From Octopus bimaculoides (Eukaryota): a stretch of DNA of 47,494 nucleotides. The notes beneath the pieces were generated by a model. The model had not been told where the DNA came from. It did no database searches and saw nothing but the letters and a program-made list of their open reading frames with translations. Location: positions 32,166,461 to 32,213,954 of the forward strand of contig NC_068999.1 in assembly GCF_001194135.2 (NCBI RefSeq). Direction: 5' to 3'. Below, piece after piece: positions 11,040-23,433 of the stretch (within the stretch, counting starts at the first letter, position 1; each line of letters opens with the position of its first letter). Both the position numbers and the translations under genes were made by a program.

Positions 11040-12741
11040 ATCATCATCATCGTCGTCGTCGTCGTTTAACGTCCACTTTCCATGTTAGCATGGGTTGGAC
11101 AATTTGACTGAGTACTGGTGAACCAGATGGCTGCACCAGGCTCCAATCTGATCTGGCAGAGTTTCTACAGCTAGATGCCCTTCCTAACGCCAACCACTCC
11201 AAGAGTGTAGTGGGTGCTTTTACGTTCCACCGGCATGAGGGCCAGTCACACAGTACTGGCAACGGCCACGCTCAAAATGGTGTTTTTTACATGCCACCTG
11301 CACAAGAGCCAGTCCAGTGGCACTGGCAACGACCTCGCTCGAATGATTTTCTAAACGTTCCACTCGCACAAATGCCAGTAAGTCGACACAGGTAACGATC
11401 ACGCTCAAATGGTGTTATTTACGTGTCACTAGCATGGAAGCCACACAGCTGCTCTAGCAATGATCATGCTCGGATGGTGCTGTTAGTGTTCCACTGGCAC
11501 AAGTGCCAGTCATCGAATATGGTTCAATTACGATTTCGATTTCACTTGCCCCAACAGGTCTTCGCAAGCAGAGTTTAGTGTCCAATGAAGGAGTGGCTGG
11601 CATGGGTGCCAGTCGTCGAATTTGGTTCAATTTCAATTTCATATTCACTTGCCCCAACAGGTCTTCGCAAGCAGAGTTTAGTGGCCAATGAAGTAAAGAT
11701 ATGAATAAGTGAGCTGGCTACACTTCTGGCAGAGGCCATAAATTATGCTCTCACTTGGCTTGCCGGGTCTTCTCACATACTGTATATTTCCAAAGGTCCC
11801 GGTCACTGTGAGGCCTAAAGTTCGAAGGTCGTGCTTCACCACCTCATCCCAGGTTTTCCTGAGTCTACCTCTTCCACAGGTTCCATCAACCGCTAAGGTG
11901 TGGCACTTTTTCACACAGCTATTCTCATCCATTCTTACCACATGACCATACCAGTGCAATTGTCTCTCTTGTACACCACAACTGATGCTTCTTAGGTCTA
12001 ACTTTTCTGTCAAGGTACTTACACTCTATTGAGTATGCACACTGACATTACTCATCCATCGGAGCATACTGGCTTCGTTTCTTGCGAGCTTGCATGTCCT
12101 CAGCAGTCACAGCCCATGTTTCACTGCCATGAAGCATGGCTGTTCGTACACATGCATCATACAGTCTGCCTTTTACTCTGAGAGAGAGACCCTTTGTCAC
12201 CAACAGAGGTAAGAGCTCTCTGAACTTTGCTCAGGCTATTTTTATTCTAGCAGCTACACTTTCAGTGCACCCTCCCCCGCTACTAACTTGGTCACCTAGG
12301 TAGCGGAAGCTATCAACTACTTCTAGTTTTACTCTCCCTGGAATGCGGCAAAGGTTGTTTTCAGCACATTTTCAGTGTTTATTGCTCCTGAGCATCTGCC
12401 ACATACAAAAACTAACTTCCTAGTTAGCCTTCCTTTGATATTGCTGCACCTCTTATGTGTCCATAGCTTACACTGGGTACAACTTATGGAGTTTCTACCT
12501 ATTCCTTTTCTACAGATCGAGCAGGGCCATCTACCTGAAGGGGTTTGTGTTTTGTCTACCTTTCTACTTATTAGGACTTTGATTTTAGCTAGGTTGTCTC
12601 TAAGGCCCTTCGATTCTAGTCCTTGCTTCCACAGCTGAAACTTTAGTTTTGATAGTGACTCAGCAATTAGGGCAAGGTCATCAGCATAGAGGAGCTCCCA
12701 GGGGCATCTCATCTTGAATTCCTGTGTTATTGCCTGTAAAT
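11040..12741 (-). mobile_element. RTE-clade LINE, 5'-truncated: RT C-terminal half, long modular 3' UTR, (GAT)n tail
   Basis: CPWELLYADDLALIAE, Cys-rich WPCSIC...HKRC...CGRC, and RQLHWYGHVVRM...GRGRLRKTWDEVV; frameshifted. Confidence 0.92.
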
Positions 12742-12755
12742 TCCAGTGTTATTAT

Positions 12756-12919
12756 CTCTGATTGGTTGGCGTTAGGAAGGGCATCCAGCTGTAGAAACTC
12801 TGCCAAATTAGATTGGAGCCTGGTGTTGCCATCCGGTTTCACCAGTCCTCAGTCAAATCGTCCAACCCATGCTAGCATGGAAAGCGGACGTTAAACGATG
12901 ATGGTGATGATGATGATGA

Positions 12920-12923
<4 letters not shown>
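12756..12923 (+). mobile_element. RTE LINE 3' terminal fragment with (GAT)n tail
   Basis: ggttggcgttaggaagggcatccagc...gttaaacgatgat; reverse complement of about 11050-11205. Confidence 0.9.
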
Positions 12924-12953
<30 letters not shown>

Positions 12954-13173
12954 AAAGTTTTTAATTTTTAAATTTAAGAGAGAGATTTGACGTTAATATC
13001 CATTATTAATGTAATTTATTTCTATGTCAACATTTCTGTATAAAGCTATATTGGTAACAATTACATAGTCTTCTACGAAAAATTATATATATATATATAG
13101 GGAGGTATATATATGTTTGTGTATGTATGTGCATGTGTGTGCATGTGTGTGTGTGTGTGCATGTGTGTGCATG

Positions 13174-13216
<43 letters not shown>

Positions 13217-13604
13217 ATTTGTGAATGTGTATGCTTGTACACTATTTCTGAAAACTAAATACGTGTATGTTTGTGACCATTGTTAAGTAGACTTGTTGGC
13301 AGCAATGTTTGTGATTAACAGGATTTTATGGCACTATTTTGCACCAAAAACATTTTATTTCTTTATTTTTGATCTGCTTAATTCTCTTTACCCCTTTCTT
13401 TTATGCATGTACACACATGCGTATGTGTGTATGTGCATATATGTATGAATATATGTGCATGTATGAATATATGTGTGTTTGTGTTTCTCTGCATGCATAT
13501 ATACATATACACACACGTGTATATGTATATGTATATGTGTGTAAATATATGTACATATGTATGAATATATGTGAATGAATATATGTATATGAGTGTTTAT
13601 GTTC

Positions 13605-13641
<37 letters not shown>

Positions 13642-13748
13642 TATGTAAGCCTCTCTCTCTCTATATATATATATATGGGTATATGTATGTGTGTGTGTAT
13701 GTGTTGGTGTTTCTATTTGTGTATGCTTGTAATTAAACACTCTCTATC

Positions 13749-13908
13749 TACACAGTGAATAACAAACTCTAAAATATCAGTTTGAAAACTGTTCTTAAGT
13801 GAGAAACTCCTATCAGAGTCACGTCTTGTGAAACACCTAATAACTTACAAACAACTAATTATTAAAGTGCAAAAATTATCAGAAAAACCATTTATATTCA
13901 TTTTTTCA
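13749..13908 (-). repeat. Right arm of the 160-bp inverted repeat
   Basis: See 10229-10388. Confidence 0.9.
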
Positions 13909-13989
13909 AATATATAATTCTGTACCAAGGACTTTCAATTTCTTATTCTACAATGTGTGTGCGTGTGCATGTGTGTGTGCATGCATGTA

Positions 13990-14245
13990 TGTGTATGTGT
14001 GTTGCCTTGTCTTGATGTGACAGTTGTTAACAAACATCACTGTCATACAAGCAATGTTTGTTTTCAGTCTTCCATGCAAAACATGTCTCGCCATGGGAAA
14101 TTATACCTTGGTTGGAAACAGATGAAGGTTGATGACAGGAAGGGTATCCAGCTGCAGACAATCTGCTTCAATGCTTCAATGAATTCCATGTGATCTATTT
14201 CAAACATGGAAAAGTGGACATTAAAACAAATATGATGATGAGGAT
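13990..14245 (+). mobile_element. SINE 3' body with RTE-like tail
   Basis: Homologous to 33000-33230; ends aaagtggacattaaaac...gatgatga. Confidence 0.65.
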
Positions 14246-14313
14246 AATGTCTTAACTATCTTTTAAAGAGGATAAAAGTAGCATTTAGATTTATGAACTA
14301 AAATTTATAACTA

Positions 14314-14349
<36 letters not shown>

Positions 14350-15224
14350 TCTCTATCTATCTGTCTATCTATCCCTCCCTCTCTCTCTCCCCAGGTACAT
14401 GCACACATACACAGATATCTCTAATAAATAACTATTGGAAAGCACAAACATTTTAACAACTTCTTTTGCATTCTTTCAAAATGCCAGGTATTAAAAATGA
14501 ATTTCCAGGTTGTCTACCTGTAAATTTGTATCAATATCATGCACAAGAAGTGGAAGTACTATTGTTTTGTTCTCTACATCAAGAACAGATGGAAGAAAAC
14601 CACTCCAGATGCTGGGATTCACAAGATCATCTCTATGTACTCAATCTTTCCTAGATGCTTTCAAATTATGAGCTGTCAGATTTAGTAGTTTGCTTCACAG
14701 CTATATGGTTCCAGGCTCAATATCACTGTGCTGTACCATGAACACATGTCCCCTACCATAACCTCAAGTTAACCATAGCCTTGTGAGTGAAACTTAGGAT
14801 ATGGAAATTGAGCTGAAGCCCATTTGAGGTACTATTCTTGTTTTTCCTGTGTGGTACACTTAATTTGTTGCCGTGTTTAATTCCATTACATGATCTTTGG
14901 ATCTACTCTGTTATAAATATTTGGGCAAGGTCTCCAGTTTGCAGGTAACACCTCCCTTCTTTCTAGATGTTTTGGAGGCCCTAAAAAGACACTGCCTTCC
15001 CTTCGCTGGTTAAATTATTTTTTAAAAAATAGTTATTTGGAGATATAAAACAGATCTTCCCAGTAATCCTATAAAATGGTAAAGTCTTGTCCTGAGGTTG
15101 TAGATCTGAAACAGAGAAGTAACCTTCTAAAAAAATTCTCAGAAAAAATTAAAGATTGTCATATAAAGTCCAATCTCAGTTGTAATGGTAAAAGATAGGA
15201 TTTTAAAAAAATCAAAATATATTG

Positions 15225-15670
15225 GGACAGGCATGGTTGTGCGGTTAAGAAGCTTGCTTTATAACCATGTGGTTTCATGTTCAGTTTCACTGTGAGACAC
15301 CTTAGACATGTGTCTTCTACTATTGCCCCAGGGCTGACCAATGCCTTGTGAGCAAATTTGGTAGACAGAAGCTGTGTGGAAACCTATCACATAAATGTGT
15401 GTGTTTGTGTGTGTGTGAGAAAGAGAGAGAGGGGGTGTTTATGCATGTGTTTGTGTGTGTGTGTGGTGTTTGCCACCTTCCCACACATTCAATGCTTGAG
15501 AACCAGTGCTGGCTTCTTTATGTCCATGTAACTTAGTAGTTTGGCAAAAGTGATTGATAGAGTAAGTTCCAGACTTAAAACTGGGGTTTGATTTGTTCAT
15601 CTAAAAACCTCCAAGATGTTGCTCCAGCCTGGTAGCAGTTCAATGACTGAAACAAGTAAAAAAAAAAAGA
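15225..15670 (+). mobile_element. Family A SINE, near full length
   Basis: ggcatggttgtgcggttaagaagcttgc head ... aatgactgaaacaagtaaaa tail. Confidence 0.8.
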
Positions 15671-16379
15671 AGACAAAAGACATAAATATGAATGGCCAGG
15701 ATTCAGAAAGCTAATAAACTCACTTTATTTAAAAGTATTTGCATGAAGGTGGACATCACCTGAGAGGTTAGTGTAAAGTAGTAATTACACTGAATTGTTA
15801 GCAGATGAGGCATTAGTCTGACTCCCAGCATTTTTTTATTGATTTGCACATTGAATTTGTAAATCTGGACAAAAACACACTGTTTAGAAATAAAACAATG
15901 TAAGTACACATTATTAATGAGTTTATTTAATAAAGTATGGCAACTAACGTGTGTGTGTNNNNNNNNNNGTAAGTGGATGTTTGTATGTGTGATGGTTGTT
16001 TCTATAATAACTTCCATGATAAAGAGGGATTGAAGACCTCTGTTAGATAAGTGTTCCAATTGTATTATATACACACTGACAATGCAACATTGTTCAGAAC
16101 AATGTCTCTTTTGTGGCATCGATCTGACAGTAATGAATTTGGTGTCCAGTTTCAAGTGGAAATAAAGAATAATACATATCCAAACATTACGGTAAAGCTA
16201 GGTTTAGTAACAGCAATGATTTCAATGTGTTCAGTATTTTAGAGTCATATATTTTGCTACCTCCACCTGTCACAAATATCAGTGACCATGGCTGGGACTA
16301 ATGGAATTAGTGCAAAGTTTTATTTTATTTATTAATTAATCAATTTATTTATTTACTGTGATTATTTTAAATTTTATCT

Positions 16380-16550
16380 TTTACATTTGACTGCAGCCAT
16401 GCTGAGGCAATGCATTCAAGAACTTTTAGTCGAACGAATCAACCTTTTTGCTGAACTACTAAGTTACAGGGACGTAAACACACCAACACTGTTTATCAAG
16501 TCGTGGTAGGGAACAAATACAGAGAGACACACACAAACAAAGATATATAT

Positions 16551-16603
<53 letters not shown>

Positions 16604-16750
16604 NNNNNNNNNNAATCCATTCACAAAGCTTTGGTCAGCCTGAGGCTATAGTAGAAGACACTTGCCCAAGGTGCCGTACAGTGGGACTGAATTCGGAACC
16701 ATGTGGTTGGGAAGCAAACTTTTTACCACACAGCCACACCTGCACCTATA
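16380..16750 (-). mobile_element. Family A SINE containing (TA)n and a gap
   Basis: Matches 29-363. Confidence 0.8.
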
Positions 16751-17155
16751 TATAACCAACTATTTTTGTCACTATAGTGTCAGTAGACCAGTCATGGGCA
16801 ACCTGTGGCATGTGAAGCTTTCTGAATGGCTCACCTAAGTCAGAAAAGAAAAATATTCGCCATCATCAGACAACCATGCAATTTTCAGCGTGCCTCAGAG
16901 TCAATCTACAACAATCCAAATATTCAAGAGCGTTACAATTAGCATCTCTACTCGGGACACTAACTCAACAAAAAAAAAAGTATTGATTTAATGTTCAATT
17001 TCTGATTCCACTGCTTACAACAACTTGTGATATTTCAGTGCCTGTAAACACGTGGTATTCGTGTAACATTATCAAGCAAGGTTAATGGAATTTTCAAAGT
17101 ATAAGTGTGCAAAATGCTGTATTTTTTTAAATTTTAATTTTTGATGTCAAAGCTA

Positions 17156-18514
17156 ATGGCTTCATGTCCCATCCCCCCACCCCCACACAAAAAAATAGAA
17201 AGATTTCTGAAGAAATGAGGACATTCCAGGAAAAGTGGACAAATGATTAATTATTTGTTGAAGTAAAAAAATAAACCAATGAGTTTAATACGTTTTGAAT
17301 CTGTCTCTGCTTTTAAAGAATTCAATATTAAGTAGCATTACTCTTCAAAACATTCGGGATATGATAAATTCAAAGGAGACATTAGACAGCAAAAAACTGA
17401 ATCCCTCGAGAAACAGATCGACAGTCTAAATATGTTCTTTTCCAAAAACCAAACTGGACTAAAAGAAATTGTACATGTAAACTATGTTAGTGAAAAAATG
17501 GCAAAACATTCAAACCATTATTCTGATGAGGAAATCGAAATTTGGAAGTTACGATTTTTACCAATTTTTTTTTCAGAATCAGAATCTCCATAACTGAAAA
17601 CGTGGGTTTCAATTAAAAAAAAAATTAAATATAAAGTCGGAGCGGGTGGGTTATGTCTCCACTATGTGCGCCCATTTCTGATTCAACTCCACTGGCAATT
17701 TTCATATGTGGTATTGATAAGTCATTTAATATCACCGAAGAATTACTTAGTGTTCAGACAATGAAAGACAGTTACAAGATATAAAATTTATGAAGAAGTG
17801 AAGAAAGCAGCCTTGAAGTTGAATCTTTCACTTGAACGACTCGTGTGTGTAGCAACAGACGGGACCCCAGCAATGGTTGAGTCTAAGATAGGCTTTCTTT
17901 CTAAATTAAAAGAATGAACTTCTTTGAATTTAGCAAACAGTAACTTTGCAACGATCCATTGCATAATTCATCAGGAAAATCTGTGTGCAAAGTCTCTAAA
18001 ATTTGAGAATGTTAAGCGTGTGGTTGTTTCAACCATCAATTTTATAAAATCCCAAGCACTTAACCATCACCAGTTTAAAGAGTTCTTAGAAGAACTTGAA
18101 TTAGAGTATGGTGACCTTGTTTACTACTGTGCAGTTTGTTGGCTAAGTAAAGAGAAAATGCTTCAACGATTTTATAGCCTAAGAGAAGCGGTATGTACTT
18201 TCTTAGAAAGAAATGGTAAATTTGTTCCCGAGCTGAAAAATGATAACTGGATTTGTGACCTTGCATTCCTCGTGGATATAACAACACATTTAAATGATTT
18301 AAATTTAAAATTGCAAAAGCAAAATCAGTTAATTCATGAGATGTATTCTCGTGTCAAAGCTTTTCAAGCAAAACTTCAAATTTGGGAGAATCAACTCAGG
18401 ATTGGTGATGCTTTCCATTTCCCCACACTAGCCATTCATGAGTCAACATCTAGATATGATGATTCTGCTGTGAAACTAAGTGAGCTGAAAAAAAGGACTG
18501 AACGCCAGGTTTAA
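17156..18514 (+). pseudogene. Disrupted hAT transposase
   Basis: N-terminus RKISEEMRTFQEKW..., VATDGTPAM, HCIIHQENLCAK, WICDLAFLVDIT. Contains stops and frameshifts, and I do not see the C-terminal catalytic Glu region. Confidence 0.9.
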
Positions 18515-18582
18515 TGACTTCGGAACTAAAGCTGATTTTAATCTTTTTTTGGAAATCCTGTTAACACAGATGTTGAAAAAGT

Positions 18583-18646
18583 TCGAATTTAGATGTCGGA
18601 ATTTAGACTTCGGAATTTAGACTTCGGAACATTTTAGATGTCGGAG
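18583..18646. repeat. 14-bp tandem repeat (cggaatttagactt), about 4-5 copies
   Basis: Direct observation. Confidence 0.85.
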
Positions 18647-20712
18647 ATTACAAATATGCAAAAAAAAGTTTTTTAACTCACCCACCTTCCTTAAAATTTT
18701 GCACTGTTTTTGAAATTTTTTTCCCCTATGTTTTAGATGATGGAGATTCCGAATATACAAGAAACCACGTTTTCAAAATTTAAATTCAATAAGCATATAG
18801 ATATGTGTATGAAGAGAGAATATGAATGTCTTCCTGGAGTTAAAAACAACAGTAACACCGTCTTCTATAGGACTGCCACGTATATTTTATGAATAAACGG
18901 ACAGGAATAATTAGATAGACAGATAAATAAATAAATGGATGAAAAAGTTCAAAATTTAAAACTGGGGAGGGGTGAAATTTGAGCCCCTTATTAAACTTTA
19001 TAACATTAATTATTAAACATTAATGTCTGTTTCTCATAAAATGGTGTATATTCAATTTACATTAAATTACTATTTACGATTATTTATGGCAAACACAAGT
19101 AAAACGCAAATTCTTTTCAATTTGCAGAAGTTCGTCAATTCACTCCGATATGTAAAATGTAGGAAACCGAAAAATTTTTTTTTTTAAATGCATTTTTCAA
19201 GAAGTGCGAAACTGCATTAGCCCCATTTTCCTCATCTATGCTGCTCCTTTTTATTTTGGGTTGTTACCCTTCAGGTCAAAATAATTTAACTTTTAATCTT
19301 TCTTTTCTTTTTTTAGTTTCTTCCTCTGAATCATAGATAGATAACGCATAACGTTAAATGCACATAATTTTCATTTTTAAATTTGTTCATTTACATTTCT
19401 TAAGCATTTTCCCCAAGTACCATAACTTGAAACAGTTCGACTAAACCAATGATTAAGTACAATATTTCTTGAATTTTGCAACCATTCGTTGAAAGTAAGG
19501 TTTCCAATATTTAAAAATATTGGCGGATATTCACGTTTTGTTTAAAAGACAAACGGGCATTCACTCATATTCAGTCTCAGAGTTGTCACAGAACTGCCAT
19601 TATCTTCGTCATTTTCCATGAGCGCGCGTCGTCTTGTCAACTGTAAACACCCCGGTCGAAGTGTGTACGTGTGAAATGTAGATAACAAACACAATGAGAA
19701 AAGACATCAACGTCAAAAACATTGGTGACAATACAACACAAATAATATTTTTATGAATTTCATAAAATGCATTGGACAGTATTATACTGTTTAATTTACC
19801 ATTTCAAACATGTTCTTTTATGAATCTCATAAAATGCGTTGTATAGTTCAACAGATCTTGTTTAATTTAGCTTAAAACTAATAGAAATCAATGTCATTTA
19901 TATTTCTTTCTTTCACATTCTCTTTAATCAGTCGAAAGTGTTAATTTGTATTTCTTCCTTTTCTTCATGCTTGTTGCAATATTTTGGCACTTTGGTGGTT
20001 AAAAAAAACCAAAAAGACCACATGGACTATTATAACTAATACAGCTTTTTCGACATTGATTTCATTTTCTTCCTGGAAATTTGTGGATTTTACATACACA
20101 AATGAAGCAGGTAAGAACAAAAAGGCTTTTTTCTCAAGTTTAAAATGCGACATTGGAATCTGTTCAGTTTCGCTCACAAATTTTTTTATTTTTTTTTTTT
20201 TTATTAAATAGCTTGAAACTTATACTGGTGTAATTTCTCACGCTGAACACAGTTTACTTTCAACATTTTTGACAAAATTTCGTATTTTAGCAGTTATTTC
20301 ATGTTAAAGTTGTCATATTTGGGTAATTTTAACGAATCAACGACTTGTATTCAGTTGAAGAAAGCTACTGCAGTTTGCAATAGTGATCGAAGAGCAAAAA
20401 CAATGTCAGGATCTGTTCAGTTTCACTCACAGATCCCACTTCTCGGAAAAGGTTGCCCATGCCTGCAGTAGACCTTCAGTGTTGGTCTTTTATGAAATAT
20501 TGCTTGAGCTACACCATGGGTTATTGTGACCATATTCTGAAATGGTATTCATGCATCATGGATCAACATCATGTTGTAATATCATAAGTAACAAAAATAA
20601 GTCACATATACACAAATCCACATGTGTGATCAAATCAATTATTGTTACTCAGCTCAGATCAACACACTGTGAGGATTCCAGAAAGTTTTTATGCATGTAT
20701 ATTTATTGTTTA

Positions 20713-21351
20713 CTAGCAAACGCCCCCACCCCTGTCCATTGGACAGTGTAAGTTCGTGGTAGGACTGGGGTCTAAAATAGTGTAATTCTGCTCCTGTCTG
20801 TGATGCTCTGGCAACTGCAGTAGAGGTAGTATTGCAAACCTGCTGGAGTTCTACTTGTTCTGCTTGCAGGCGACTGCATAAGAAGCAGCATTGTGAGCAC
20901 ACTGGAGTTCTGCTTGCTGAGCTGTCTGTGATGCTCTGGTGCTTGAAGTAGAAGCAGCATTGCAAGCACGCCGAAGCACACATTGTTCTCCTGTCTCACT
21001 TGCCCACAAGGAATGCAAAACGGATGCATTTCTTGTTTTTCTGCCAATGTGAGTCTTGCTTTTTTGAGGCATCCTATCGAAAATCTGTAATTGAATGAAT
21101 CTTTAAAAAAAATCAATTAAATTTACCTCAATGTTGTTTCCAAGCACTAAATATGGTATTTCAACAAAAAATCCCACAACACTAAAGCGCACAACTATTT
21201 ACTATTGTATTGTAAACACCAAATGGCACGTGGATGTGGACAGTTGTGAATGAGCATTCACATCTATAAGCACATGTGGACAGAACGTATTTCAAGAAAA
21301 TCGATATTCTATTGACCAAACGTGCTATTGTAATAAAATGTAAATGATAGA
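20713..21351 (-). mobile_element. Internally deleted Helitron derivative
   Basis: 3' CTAG|T at 20713-20716, palindrome ctgtcca-t-tggacag 15 nt away, and an N-terminal fragment MPQKSKTHIGRKTRNAS...ASETGEQ. The 5' A|TC at 21351 is tentative. Confidence 0.65.
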
Positions 21352-22101
21352 TGCAAACACCAGTGCACAGACAGGTAGCAAAAGATAGAAGGTATTTCTA
21401 AGAAATATCACACTTAAATGTGAAATTTAAAAAAAAAGAATGTGCAAATTGAAATGATTTCTAGGACTTCTCTGAAAATGAAAGACAGCCAAAACCAGGC
21501 TTCTTTTGGGAAAAAAGGATGTTAGCATCAAAATTACCTTATATCAATTTGGAAGTAATGAAAATTCTTTATAAATAAAGTTAAGTCCAGGTAACTGGAA
21601 AACTTCAAATGGAATATAGGGTTCAGCAATATGCAGTGTTGACTGTTAAAGTAGCAAACCTTATGGATGAATAAGCTATCAGAACCAACTGAATAGTGCC
21701 TTTTTTTAGAACGTAACCAATGAATTTGATCTGTAAAATTTGTAAAAATGATAAGCATTTGCCAAAATATACTTATTGGTAAAAAAATAACTCATAATTT
21801 GAAACATTGATATTAATATTCCTTCTTCATGAAAAGGAATTAAAGAATAAACAATGGGCATGTATTTGTCAAATCAAGTGAGTCACGCGAAGTCGAAAAA
21901 TATCGCTCATTTTTTGTTTTTTATAAGAAACTGTTAGCTAAAGTTTTAGATATTTGTCACCCAAATTTCCACGTTCAGTTACCAATCAATTTGTCGTTTT
22001 CTACTGTCAACTAAATTTTATTGTGAGAAAATATTCACACAGTCGATTGATCGCCAATTAGTGCCATTTATTCATTAAAGTTAATATCTTATTTCATTTT
22101 T

Positions 22102-22864
22102 AGGATCTATTTCAAAACGGGGGCACTAGTATTTTCTTAACGAAACACTTTGAAACTTGGGACACTGGTAGAATGTGTCATATAAAACATCTTTTACTCT
22201 TAGTCTTCTTAACAAAAAAACGTACATCGCAAGTTATTCCGTGTTAAAGTTGTCGTATTTCTGTAATTTCAACCAATCACTGACGTCTTTTCAGCTGAAT
22301 AGAGTTACTGCTGGGCGGTCATAAAAATGTTATTCCCTGTGACATATTTCATCCGGTTTAATCGTAATTTATACACATATATTGTNNNNNNNNNNNNNNN
22401 NNNNNNNNNNNNNNNNNNNNNNNNNNNNNNNNNNNNNNNNNNNNNNNNNNNNNNNNNNNNNNNNNNNNNNNNNNNNNNNNNNNNNNNNNNNNNNNNNNNN
22501 NNNNNNNNNNNNNNNNNNNNNNNNNNNNNNNNNNNNNNNNNNNNNNNNNNNNNNNNNNNNNNNNNNNNNNNNNNNNNNNNNNNNNNNNNNNNNNNNTTAG
22601 GGTTAACAGTCTAGTTAGGGTTAGGGGATTAATACGATATACACCGTTACAGCGCTAACTGTTTTCAACTGAATAGACGTCAGTGATTAGTAGAAATTAT
22701 CGAAATAAGACAATTTTTTACATGAAATAAATTCAAATACAAAAATTTTTTTCTGTTCTATAACACAAAATAGATAAGTATACGAAGTTTGAAAGTCTTT
22801 CGGTACCAAAAACACTACATAAAACATAAATGAAAACTGGTGCCCCTGTTTTGAAATAGATCCC
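22102..22864. mobile_element. Non-autonomous DNA transposon with about 28-bp TIRs, subterminal inverted repeats and internal TTAGGG-like repeats
   Basis: ggatctatttcaaaacgggggcactagt / actggtgcccctgttttgaaatagatcc; 22260-22310 is inverted at 22650-22700; attttt on both flanks. Confidence 0.8.
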
Positions 22865-23400
22865 ATTTTTACTTATTCAAAATAATTGCCTTCTCTTCTT
22901 ACTCTTTTGTGTCAGCTTATTTATTAAACACAGAATGACCTGCCTGGATGCATGTGTTCAAGTACAGTTCATTCTAGAATATCGATTTTTACTGCAATCA
23001 CATATGTTCTTTCATGAAATTGGTTAGAAAGCTTAATGCAATTAATGCTCTGATGTTGAGTGGATGAACATAGTGGCTGTTTGTACGTGATTTGCGGAAT
23101 AATAGCCAATGAGTGCTATTGAAATTGGATTTTCCATCAAGATTTTGATTTAAAAAGAGCAAATCTCACTTTGAAACTAAAAATTAAGTTATGAAATTTA
23201 ACTGATGCACCCACTGTGGCGTCTATTACCTATGTGTAAAATTTCAGCAGAATCAGTTGAAAAATACGGTCGTTATAATCTTTTACACACATACACACAC
23301 ACAGACAAAACAGGATTTAAGTATTATTAATTTAATTCCAGGTCAACCCTGATTCAGCAGACTGCCCCAAGTGCAACCATTCCACAATTTTAGACATTCT

Positions 23401-23433
<33 letters not shown>

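Larger units (their letters stand above)
16789..20465 (+). mobile_element. hAT DNA transposon (Charlie/SPIN/GTF2IRD2-like, Buster type) with both ends intact
   Basis: 16-bp TIRs cagtcatgggcaacct / aggttgcccatgcctg (1 mismatch). Perfect 8-bp TSD cagtagac at 16781-16788 and 20466-20473. Confidence 0.93.

Noticed and set aside
17522-17545. ctgatgaggaaatcgaaa looks like a hammerhead core
   Set aside because: No helix II, III or I pairing; it is transposase coding sequence (YSDEEI).
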